Assembly: GCA_963800615.1 (NCBI GenBank)
Contig: CAWDBO010000037.1
Coordinates: 1,152 to 65,151 of the forward strand
Origin: an uncultured Chloroflexia bacterium
GTDB taxonomy: Bacteria > Chloroflexota > Anaerolineae > CG2-30-64-16
Reading direction: 5' to 3'
Length of the DNA: 64,000 nt
This document shows positions 37,713-47,404 of the stretch, piece after piece. The translations under genes were made by a program, and so were the position numbers. Below the pieces are notes generated by a model, which made no database searches, had not been told where the DNA came from, and worked only from the letters and a program-made list of their open reading frames with translations. Numbering within the stretch: position 1 is the stretch's first letter; every line of letters begins with the position of its first letter.

Positions 37713-40616
37713 ATGCAACCCCTCCCCGTTCGGGCTTACCGCTGGGCGCTCGTCGCCCTCGTTATCTTCGCGATCCTGACGCTCTTGCTGACCTGGCCCC
37801 TGGCAGCCCGCCTCGGCAGCCGCGCGCCCGGCACGGCCACCTGGGCCTTCGACGAGTCGACCTTCATCTGGAACATCTGGACCTTCAAGCACTCGCTGCT
37901 CGACCTCCACACCAGCCCGCTCCACAGCGACCTCATCTGGCGGCCGCTCGGGATCGACCTGATCCTCTACACCTACAACTTCTTCAACGCGCTCATCGGC
38001 ATGCCGCTGCTGCTGGCCTTCAGCCCCGTCGTGGCAAGCAACGTCACCGTCCTGCTTGCGACGCTGCTCAGCGGCCTCGGCGCGTACCTGCTCGCGCTGG
38101 ACGTCATGCGCCGCGCCCGCACCGGCGCGTCCGGCGACGCGCTGCGCCTGGGCGCGCTCGTCGCCGGGATCATCTACGCGTTTGCCTCGAACCGTGCGAT
38201 CTACGCCTCGCTCGGCCACTACGACATGGTGACCACCCAGTGGCTGCCCTTCTACGCGCTCTACTTCCTCCGCACGCTCCGCCGGCCCACGGTCCACAAC
38301 GCCGCGCTTGCCGGGCTCTTCTTCGCGTTCGCCGCCCTCGCCGAGATGATCTTCGCCTCCTTCCTGGCGTTGCTCTCCATCATCCTCCTGCTGGCCTCAT
38401 GGCGCGGCCTCGGGGAGAAGCGGAAGGCGCTCATTTACACCGGCGTCGCGGTCTTGGTCGCGGTCCTCGTCTGGTCGCCCGTCCTCGTCCCGGTCGCCCG
38501 CGAGTTCACCCGCGGCAGCTACGCGCTCGAGGGCTGGGGCGAAAGCGTCAAGCTGAGCGCGGACGCCGTCGGCTTGGTGACGCCGACCGCGCTGAACCCC
38601 ATCTTCGGCGGCAACGAGCCGACCGGCCAGAACTGGCGCGACGCGCTGCGGGCAGTGGAGCGGGGCGAGGGGCAGTTCGGCGACATCAACACGGTTTTCC
38701 TCGGCTGGGCCACACTGGCGCTCGCCCTCGTCGGCGCGTTCGCGGCCCGCCGCAAGCTCGCCGGATGGATCTGGACCGCGGTGGTCTTCGGCATCCTCGT
38801 CCTCGGCCCGCTGCTGCAAATCAACGGCAAGTACCGCTTCAGCCTCGACAACCTGCTCCCCGAGGGCGTCACCTTCCCCCTGCCCTTCACGCTGCTCCAT
38901 TTCATCCCGTTCGTCAGCGCCAACCGCGCCCCGAACCGCAACAGCGTGATCCTGATGCTCGCGCTGGCCGTGCTCGCCGCGTACGGCGTTGCGTGGCGAT
39001 CGGCTGAGTTAGCCGCAGACTCCGCGGGCACAGATGGAACGCACGGTTCCGACCGGCGAACCTCATCCGTCGCCACGCGCAACGATCCCCTCACTCGCGC
39101 CTCATCCCTCGCAGAGCCTCTGTGCACTCTGCGGCTCTGTGGCTGTCGGCCGTTCTGCTGGCCGCCGCGATCATCGTCGAGCACCTGTCCGTTCCGCTGT
39201 CCACCACCGACGCGACGATCCCCACGGTCTACCGGAACATCGCGGCCGACCCCGGCGATTTCGCCATCATGCAGCTGCCGCTGGGCTGGCGCAACAGTTT
39301 CGGCACGTTCGGCAGCGAGCAGACGAACCTCCAGTACTTCCAGACCGCCCACGGCAAGCCCATGATCGGCGGCAACATCAGCCGCGCCCCGGCCTTCAAG
39401 ATGGACTACTTCCGGCGCATCCCGCTGTTCCAGGCGCATCACCGACCTGGAGATGTACAAGGAAGTCGCGCCCGACGTGGACAAGGCCGCCCGCGGGCAG
39501 GCCGCCGCCCTCATGTCGCTCTACAACGTCCGCTACTTCGTCACGACCCCGCCGATCCCCGGCCGCTACCCCTACCAGGACACCTGGCAGCAGACCGAGA
39601 AGTATGCGCTGGACGTCCTGCCGCTCGACCCTACGCCCGTCTGGGAAGATCAGGGCTACAAAGTCTACCGCGTCCGCCCCGCGCCGTCACGTTGCCGTTC
39701 CGCCTCGACCTTGGCGTCGCCAGGCAACGAGCCCTACCTGGGCGAAGGCTGGGATGCCCGCACCGACGAGCAGCCATACGGCGCGACCGCCAATTGGGCG
39801 ACCTCGACGGACGCCGCCCTGTATCTGCCCATGCCCGCTGATTTCGATCCGACCGCGCCCCCGGCGCAGAGAAGCCGTACAAGTTCCGGGTCGCGATTGC
39901 GCCGCTGAGCTACGAGGGCGCCGCGCCCCAGGTCGTGCGGCTGCAGGTCAACGGACAAGACGCGGGCCAGCCAGTCACGCTGAAGCAGGGCTGGCAGACG
40001 GTGGAATTCGACGTGAACGGGCAGCACCCTGCGGCCCGGCCCCAATGCCTTCCAGTTCCGTTTTGCCCGGGCCAACAGCCCGCGCGACGTCTTCCCCGAT
40101 CCCGCCAGCCGCGCCATGATCGGGACCACGGGCGTGCAGAGCCCGGTCAACCTCGAGGTTCACGGCTTCAGCCAGGCCTTCATGACCGCGACCGACGCCA
40201 GCGGCCAACAGGTCGACGCATCTGCGGGCCGCCAGGGCTACAACGTCGCGGTGTTCGACCAGCGAACCGGCCGTCTTCTCGACAAGCGCGGCTTCGACAC
40301 GGCGGCCAATGAGTTCGAAGCCGAGGCCCTGGCAGACTACCTCGACGGGATCCCGAACGGCCGCATCGTCGCGCTGGCAACCAAGGGCGCGGCGACACGA
40401 CATCTGACCCCTGCCGCGCTCGCCGCGCTGCAGAGCGTGGGCTCCAAGATCACCTCTCCCGCCGCACTCGAGAACTTCGCGCACGCACTCGCCGGCGTCA
40501 AGGGCGCTCCGCCCGGCTCGGCGTCCGAGGCCGTCGGCACGGACGCCTATCTCCGGGTCGGCGGCGACTTCCGGACGCTTGCCGCCGCGGTAGATTGGGT
40601 GGAGCTCGGCGAGTGA
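37713..40616 (+). CDS. large polytopic membrane protein (GT-C/YfhO-like) with C-terminal ILEI/FAM3-like (GG) domain, at least 4 frameshifts
   Basis: About 430 aa with more than 10 TM helices (ORF 37686..39365), then soluble parts in other frames. The last about 165 aa (ORF 40116..40616) read [22 protein letters not shown]...[40 protein letters not shown], matching the ILEI domain pattern. Confidence 0.6.
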
Positions 40617-42713
40617 GCGCCGGCGCGCGCGGCGCCGCCGCGCGACCGGACGCTGGCCGGTTGTCGCGCGCTCTGGCCGGCGTTCTCGCCTTGCCGTCTA
40701 CATCCGGTCCCTCGCGCCCGGCCTGCTCTGGGGCGACAGCGCCGAGTTCCAGTTCGCCGCGTGGCTCGGCGGCTTCGCCCACCCGACCGGCTATCCCCTC
40801 TACCTCATGCTCGGCTGGCTCTGGACCCACCTGCGTCCCCATTCGCGATCCCGCGTTCCGCATGAACCTGTTTTCGGCCTGTGGGGCGGCATCGCAGTTG
40901 CGCTGTTCTGCCTGCTGGTGATCCGGCTCTTCGTTCTGCGAGCACTTCCTGCTGCGTCGCGTGCCGCAGACCTGACAGGTTTCGCCAAACCTGTCAGGTC
41001 TCGTCGCGCGGCGCCCCTCGCGTCATCGCCCTCGGCGCCGCCCTCGTCTTCACCTTCACGCCCGACCTTCTGGTCGCAAGCCGTCATCGCCGAGGTCTAC
41101 ACCTTGCATGCCGCTTTCGTCGCCGCGCTCCTGCTCGCCCTGCTTCTCTGGGCCGAGCGGACTTGCGAGGGCGACGTCCCGGCCGCCCGGCGCCGCTCGT
41201 ACCTCGTCGCGCTGCTCTTCGGCCTCAGCCTCGCCCACCACCGCTCGACCATCCTGCTGATCCCTGCGGCCGCTCTGTTCGTCGCCATCGTCCTGCTTGG
41301 GACCCGGACCCGTCCGCGCTTCTCACGCCGCCAGGCGGCAGTGCTGCTCGCCTGTCTCCTTGCCCCGCTCTTACTCTACCTTTACATCCCGCTGGCTGCG
41401 CCTGCATGCGCCGTACTACCGGCTCGCCCTGTCGCCCGGCCACGCCCTGCCGCTGTACGATTCCACCCTCGGCGGTTTTCTCGCCCACGTCAGCGGCAGC
41501 GTCTTCAGCTCCTCGCTGGCCGCAGCCCCGCTCGGGCGCGCTTGACCTCGGTCAGCTTACGGGCCGCTTTGCCGCTGAGCTTTCGGCCAACGGCCTGCTG
41601 CTCGGCGCGTTCGGCCTGGTGACGCTGCTCATCCTGGCATTCCGGCGCAAGAGCCTGCGCGCCTGGGCCGTGCTCGCGCCTGACCGGCCTCTTCTTCATC
41701 GCACAGGTCGCCTTCAACCTCTTCTACGCCATCGGCGACATCTACGTCTTCTACATCCCGGCCTACCTGGTCTGGGTCCTGTGGATCGCGATCGGCGCCT
41801 GGGGCCTGGTCGCGCTGGCGGCATGGCTCTTCGCGGGCCAGGGCGAAGCCGTCCGCCGTTGGGTCGTCGCGGTCGCCTCGGTCCTGCTTCTCGCCGTGCT
41901 CCTCGCCTTCGCCTATCGCTCCGCCGTCGAGTATTGGCCGAAGGTCCAGCGAGCCGGCGACGATTCCGGCCGCCCGCGCATGGGATGCCCTCTGCGCGCT
42001 GAGCTTCCGCAAAATGCGATCCTGGTCAGCAACGACCGCGACGAGATGGTGCCGCTGTGGTATCTGAAGTACGTCGAGGGCCGGCGCACTGACCTCGACG
42101 GCCTGTTCCCCCTGATTCAGCCCGGCCCCGCATGGGCGGATGTGGCACGCGTCACGGATGCTGCGCTGCAAACCGGCCGTCCGGTCTACCTGGTCAAACC
42201 GATGCCGGGGCTTGAGGTCCGTTACGATCTTGCGCCGCTTCCGGGCGAGCCGGTCGGACCGCTCGGCCCGGCCGTTCGCGTCGCGGCCCCTGCGCCGCGC
42301 ATCGCCCGCGCACAAGCTCGACATCACCTACGGGGATGCTATCCGTTTGCTCGGGTATGATGTGACCCCTGACCCGCTCGCGCCGGGCGAACAGGCACAG
42401 GTGACGCTGTACTGGCAGCCGCTGCGCGAGCTGAAGGAGGACTGGACGACATTCGTCCAGGTCGTCGACGCGACGGGCGACAAGGTCGGGCAGAGCGACC
42501 ACCAGCCCGGCGGCGCGTTCTATCCGACCGGCCCTGTGGGCGGTGGGCGAGCGGCTGCGGGATACACACACGGTGACGATTGCGCCGAGCCGCGCCGGGC
42601 ACTTACCGTTTGGTCGTCGGGCTCTACGTGCCGGCCGGCGAGCGGCCTGCGGCAGCTCGGGCGAGCCGCAGACGGTCGGCGAATTGCCGCGTCACTCCAT
42701 GATGCAATCGTAA
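40613..42713 (+). CDS. DUF2723/TMEM260-like polytopic membrane protein (putative glycosyltransferase), many frameshifts
   Basis: YIRSLAPGLLWGDSAEFQFAAWLGGFAHPTGYPLYLMLGW is a DUF2723 hallmark. There are multiple TM blocks, and the C-terminal part YGDAIRLLGYDV...VTLYWQPL resembles other such proteins. The GTGA start overlaps the previous stop. The end is approximate. Confidence 0.55.
40968..41001. repeat. P1-variant palindrome inside the DUF2723 coding region
   Basis: AGACCTGACAGGTTTcgccAAACCTGTCAGGTCT. It translates as ADLTGFAKPVRS within a TM-rich region. Confidence 0.6.
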
Positions 42714-42723
42714 CGCGGAACCC

Positions 42724-42753
42724 TTGCGCCCGTCTCGCGCGGCATGGTATACT
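42724..42753 (+). promoter_or_regulatory. promoter of etfBA
   Basis: TTGCGC, 18-nt spacer, TGgTATACT (extended -10), about 115 nt upstream of etfB. Confidence 0.55.
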
Positions 42754-42866
42754 CATGACGCTGCGCGTCACGGCGCAGCCTGGCTCACTGAGTTCAATCC
42801 TGGGCGCCTGCCACCGGCTGAGTGGCCCGCGCCCACCTCACCAGCGTCGATCAAGGAGGCTACGGG

Positions 42867-43665
42867 ATGAAGTTTGTTGTCTGTGCAAAGCTTACGCCCG
42901 ACACGGAGCAACTGGGCGACGTCAAGCCGCAGGATGTCGGCTCCGACGATCTGGGCGTCACCATGGTCCTGAACCCGTGGGACGAATTCGCGGTCGAAGA
43001 GGCTCTGCAGCTGCAGGAGCGCTTCGACGGCGAGGCCGCGGTCATCACGGTGGGCGGTGAGGAATCGACCGAGGCCTTGAAGCGGGCCGTGGCGATGGGC
43101 ATCGAGGAAGCCGTCTTGCTTTCCGACGACCTGTTCCAGGGCAGCGACGCGTGGGGCACCGCGCACATCCTGGCGCAGGCGATCAAGAAAGTGGGCGACT
43201 ACACGCTGATCCTGACCGGGAAGCAGTCCGTCGACGGCAACGGCGGCCTGGTCGGCCCCGGCGTCGCGGCTCAGCTCGGCATCCCCTTCGTCTCCAACGT
43301 CAACAAGATCATCGACATGACCGAGGACAGCGCCACGGTGCAGCGGAACCTCGATGAGGGCGTGCAGACCGTTCAGCGTCAAGCTCCCGGCCGTTCTGGC
43401 GGTCAGCACCGAGATCAACGAGCCGCGCTACCCGAACTTCATGGGCATCCGCAAGGCATCACGGATGCAGTATCCTGCCGTCAAGGCGGCCGGCCTGCCC
43501 GGCCTTGACCAGGCCCGGCTGGGCGAGAAAGCGGCGTTGCTCAAGTGGACCAACCTGCGCAAGCCGCCGGCCCGCACCGGCAAGGTGGAGATCATCCAGG
43601 GTGGCTCACCTGCGGAGACCGCGGCGATGTTGGTCGATAAGCTGATTGCAGAGAAGGTCATTTAG
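42867..43665 (+). CDS. etfB: electron transfer flavoprotein beta subunit, one frameshift near 43375
   Basis: MKFVVCAKLTPD, NPWDEFAVEEAL, LILTGKQSVDG and VSTEINEPRYP. AAGGAGG RBS. An extra c breaks the frame. Confidence 0.9.
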
Positions 43666-43685
43666 GCTGAGGAGAGGACCGACCT

Positions 43686-44667
43686 ATGAGCATTCTCGTT
43701 TACGTGGATCAATATCAGGGCACGGCCAAGCCGGTTTCCTGGGAAATGTTGGGCAAGGCGCGCGATCTCGCTGCGAAGCTGAATACGGACGTCGCGGCCG
43801 TGGTCATCGGCCAGGGCGTTGGCGCCATCGCACAGGAAGCGGCCGCCTACGGTGCGGATAAGGTCTTCCTCGTGGATGGGCCTGAGTTCGCCCACTACCG
43901 CAACGGCGCCTATGCGGCCGCCCTGGTGGCCGCAATCGACGCGGCCAACGCCAAAGTCATCCTTGCCCCCGCCACCACCGGCGCGCGCGACGTTGCCGCG
44001 ATGGCGGCTGCCCAGTGCAACATCGGCCTTGCTGCGGAAGTGACCAATCTCGACGTGGATGCGAACGGCAAGCTGGTCGCCGAGCGCCCCGTCTTCTCGG
44101 GCAACATCATCGCCGACATCGTCTATGAGGGCGACCGCCAGATGGCGACCGTGCGCGTCCGCAGCTTCCCGATGCCCGAGAAGGGCGCCGCCGGCGGCCA
44201 GATCGTGCCGCTGCCGGTCAACCTCACCGGCGCCGCGCTCGGCCGAGGAGATCACCGGCTTCGAGGGCGTCGAAACCGGCGAGCTTGACGTCCAGAACGC
44301 GGGCATCATCGTCTCCGGCGGTCGCGGGGTGAAGGGGTCGGAAGGCTTCGAGCCGATCCGGCGGCTCGCCAAGGTGCTCGGCGGCGCGGTCGGCGCCTCC
44401 CGCGCGGCCGTCGATGCCGGCTGGATCCCCTACGTCCACCAGGTCGGGCAGACCGGCAAGACCGTCCGCCCCGACCTCTACATCGCGGCCGGCATCTCGG
44501 GCGCCATTCAGCACCTCGCCGGCATGAGCGGCGCAAAGACCATCGTCGCGATCAACAAGGACAAGGACGCGCCGATCTTTCAGGTCGCCCGCTACGGCAT
44601 CATCGGCGACCTGTTCGACATCGTGCCCGCCCTGGAGCAGGCATTCAAGCAAAAGCTCGGCAAGTAG
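43686..44667 (+). CDS. etfA: electron transfer flavoprotein alpha subunit, one frameshift near 44235
   Basis: ILVYVDQ...; the C-terminal FAD domain reads [45 protein letters not shown]. Confidence 0.9.
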
Positions 44668-44682
44668 CTTCGCCGATCCTTA

Positions 44683-44714
44683 GGAACCAGGTTTCTGTCA
44701 GAAACCTGGTTTCT
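44683..44714. repeat. P2 element: two adjacent 15-bp palindromes
   Basis: gGAACCAGGTTTCTgtcAGAAACCTGGTTTCT, 16 nt after the etfA stop and 30 nt before the rpsA -35. Confidence 0.75.
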
Positions 44715-44743
44715 GGTCGTCGCATGAACGTGCGGCTCGCGCG

Positions 44744-44773
44744 TTGACAGCGGCCGCGCCTTTCGATTATAAT
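44744..44773 (+). promoter_or_regulatory. consensus promoter upstream of rpsA
   Basis: TTGACA, 18-nt spacer, TATAAT, about 300 nt upstream of the rpsA ATG. Confidence 0.65.
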
Positions 44774-45073
44774 AGGTCTTTGCCAGCGCAGGCAGACGTC
44801 TCGGCGCGAGGGGCGCTTGCTCCCGCGCCTTTCATCGCGCTAGACCCTTCGTGTCGGGGTCGACGCACCGGGTCATTGATAAGGGGCGAAGTCCGACTGG
44901 GCGCCGTGAACGGATCGGTGAGCCAGCCGGGCCTATTTTTTGTCGGCTCGAACCAGCGCGCGTGCGAGCAGAGCTCGCGCCGGAGCAGTCTCGCACTTAG
45001 GAGCGGGTTGCTCGCAAGCGTCCGGGGTTCGAGAGTGCGCATAACATCATCCAGCGTTTCGGAGGTTCCTTTC

Positions 45074-46468
45074 ATGTCAACGTCTTTACCACCGACCAAG
45101 CCGCCGGCGGAAGTCCACCCGATGCAAGCCCTGCTCGATCAGGGCGGGTACGACATGCCGCAGCGCGGCGATATCCGCGAGGGCACTGTCATCTCGGTCA
45201 CCCCCCAGGAAGTCGTCATCGACCTGGGCCTGAAACGAGAAGCCATTGTGCCGGCTAACGACCTGTCCCGCCTGGACAAGTCGACCCTCGCAGAAGTCCA
45301 GGAAGGCACGACCTGGCCGGTTTACATTCTGCAACCGTCGGATCGGGAAGGGAACCTCATCGTCTCGCTATCCCGCGCGCTCCAGGAGAAAGACTGGCTG
45401 ATCGCGCAGGAGAAGATGGAAGCCAATGAGATGTTCGAGGCTCGCGTCACCGGTCACAACGCAGGCGGCCTCGAAGTCGAATTCGGCAAGCTGCGCGGTT
45501 TCGTCCCGGCATCGCACCTGTCCTCGCTCCCGCGCGAGATGTCGCCGGAAGAACGCAAGACGCACCTGGCCACCTACGTCGGCAAGACCATCCCGGTCAA
45601 GGTCGTCGAGGTTGACCGCAAGCGCCGCCGCCTGATCATGTCCGAGCGGGCCGCCCGCCGCCGCTGGCAGCGCGAGCATCGCAAGCAGCTCCTGGACGAG
45701 ATCCAGGTGGGCGAGGTCCGTGAGGGGACCGTCCGCAGCCTGTCCGAGTTCGGCGCCTTCGTCGATCTCGGCGGGGCCGACGGCCTGGTCCACATCTCCG
45801 AGTTGGCCTGGTTCCCGGTCGCCCACCCGAGCGAGGTGCTCAAGGTCGGCCAGGTGGTCGAAGTCAAGGTGCTGCGGATCGACAAGCAGCGCGAGCGCGT
45901 CGGCCTGAGCCTGAAGCGCGTCCAGCCCGATCCGTGGAGCCACATCGACGAGCTGTACAAGCCCGGCCAGTTGGTCGAGGCAGTCGTGACCCGCGTCACC
46001 GATTTCGGTGCGTTCGTCCGGCTGCGCAGCGGCGTCGAAGGCCTGCTCCACGTCTCCGAGATGGCCGACATCCGGCCCGACCATCCGCAGAGCCTCGTCT
46101 CGCCTGGCGACCTGCTCCTGCTGCGCGTCCTGCGCATCGAGCCTGACCGCCGCCGCATCGGCCTGAGCCTGCGCCAGGTCTCCGAGACCGAGTGGTCCGA
46201 GTGGGCCGCCAGCTACCGCGAGAAGCACGCCGCGGCTGCGGCCGAGGAAGCCGAAGCTGCGGCAGCCGCGGAAGCGGCCGCGGCTGCGCCCGAGACCGCG
46301 GAAGCCGACATGGACCAGTTCGCGATGGTCGGCGACGAGCTTCCGGTGGAAGAGGCCGAAGTGCCGCTCACCGCCGAAGAGGAAGCCGGGCTCCAGGCCG
46401 TCACGGCTGAGGAACCCGAGGCTCCGGAAGCCGAAGCAGCAGCGGAAGAAGCCCCCGTGGCCGGTTGA
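45074..46468 (+). CDS. rpsA: 30S ribosomal protein S1 (four S1 domains plus acidic Ala/Glu-rich tail; tail may extend to about 46783)
   Basis: GGAGG RBS. Repeated S1 motifs (GTVISV, ARVTGHNAGGLEVEF, GTVRSLSEFGAFVDLGG, AVVTRVTDFGAFVRL). The EAxAAEEAPVA repeat pattern continues past the stop at 46468 in shifted frames. Confidence 0.9.
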   Translation: MSTSLPPTKPPAEVHPMQALLDQGGYDMPQRGDIREGTVISVTPQEVVIDLGLKREAIVPANDLSRLDKSTLAEVQEGTTWPVYILQPSDREGNLIVSLSRALQEKDWLIAQEKMEANEMFEARVTGHNAGGLEVEFGKLRGFVPASHLSSLPREMSPEERKTHLATYVGKTIPVKVVEVDRKRRRLIMSERAARRRWQREHRKQLLDEIQVGEVREGTVRSLSEFGAFVDLGGADGLVHISELAWFPVAHPSEVLKVGQVVEVKVLRIDKQRERVGLSLKRVQPDPWSHIDELYKPGQLVEAVVTRVTDFGAFVRLRSGVEGLLHVSEMADIRPDHPQSLVSPGDLLLLRVLRIEPDRRRIGLSLRQVSETEWSEWAASYREKHAAAAAEEAEAAAAAEAAAAAPETAEADMDQFAMVGDELPVEEAEVPLTAEEEAGLQAVTAEEPEAPEAEAAAEEAPVAG

Positions 46469-46640
46469 AGCTGAAGCAGCAGCGGAAGAAGCCCCGTGGC
46501 GGCTGTGAAGCTCCCGGTTGACGAGCAGCAGTGGAAGAAGCGCCTGTGGCCGGGGAAGCCGAAGCCGCAGTCGAAGAAGCGCCCGTGGCCATCGAAGCTG
46601 AGGCTGAAGCGCCCTCCTTGCCTGTAATCACGAGCGAGGT
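46420..46640 (+). repeat. about 40-bp tandem repeats (gaagc.gaagcagcagcggaagaagccccgtggc)
   Basis: At least 4-5 imperfect units span the annotated rpsA stop. Confidence 0.7.
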
Positions 46641-46901
46641 GGAAGCCGAGGCGCCTTCCGCCGAGACGCCGAAGAGCCAACAGCGCTTGAGACGCTGAGC
46701 GGCGAGGAATCCGGCGCACCTTCCGGCAGCGAGCCGGAACCGGCCGCCGAACCCGAAGAGCCCTCCGACGAGGACGAGATCTAGTCACGACCTCGATCTG
46801 GTTTCTAAGACGGGACTACGCGTCCCAGGCGCAGGGGCGAGATGGCGGCGCGGTAATGCCGCGGTGCAGCGTTGCCGCCGCCTCGCCTTTGCAGGTGAGG
46901 A

Positions 46902-47243
46902 CATGAGCGAGAATCCAGACCCCATCGCAGAGGCGCGCGTCCCGGCTGCAGGCCGAACGCGCGGACGGTGCTCCAGGATCTCGAGCAGCTCGACAGCCGT
47001 CTCGAGACCAAGGGCGATTACGAGTTGGGTGAGGGCGATCCCATGATCTACCAGTGGGAGTTCAACCTGGCCCTGCGTGAGCGCGCGCAGCAGCACCTGG
47101 CGGAGATCGATGAGGCGCTGGCACAGCTCAAGATGGGCATCTATGGGCTGTGCGAGCGCTGCGGCAAGCCGATCGAACCGGAACGGCTCGCAGTGCTGAG
47201 CCACACCACCGTCTGCAGCCAATGCGCTCAACGCCGGCGTTAG
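46902..47243 (+). CDS. TraR/DksA-family C4 zinc-finger protein, frameshift(s) near 46940-46970
   Basis: MSENPDPIAEARV (RBS AGGTGAGG), then ORF 46968..47243 with the CERCGKPI...VCSQC zinc finger. Confidence 0.65.
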   Translation, partial: HERESRPHRRGARPGCRPNARTVLQDLEQLDSRLETKGDYELGEGDPMIYQWEFNLALRERAQQHLAEIDEALAQLKMGIYGLCERCGKPIEPERLAVLSHTTVCSQCAQRRR

Positions 47244-47331
47244 TGCTCCACCATAGTCGTATCCCTGACCGCCCGGCCCCAGCGCCGGGCGTTTGTCTAT
47301 CTCGCACGGAGATTTTCGATCACCGGGCACA

Positions 47332-47362
47332 GACCTCCGAGGTTTCGAAAACCTCGGAGGTC
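47332..47362. repeat. P1 palindromic element
   Basis: GACCTCCGAGGTTTcgaAAACCTCGGAGGTC, intergenic. Confidence 0.8.
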
Positions 47363-47404
47363 TCGATCGGTACTGAGGTGTTGGGTGGCGTTTAGTGAGG
47401 CTCG

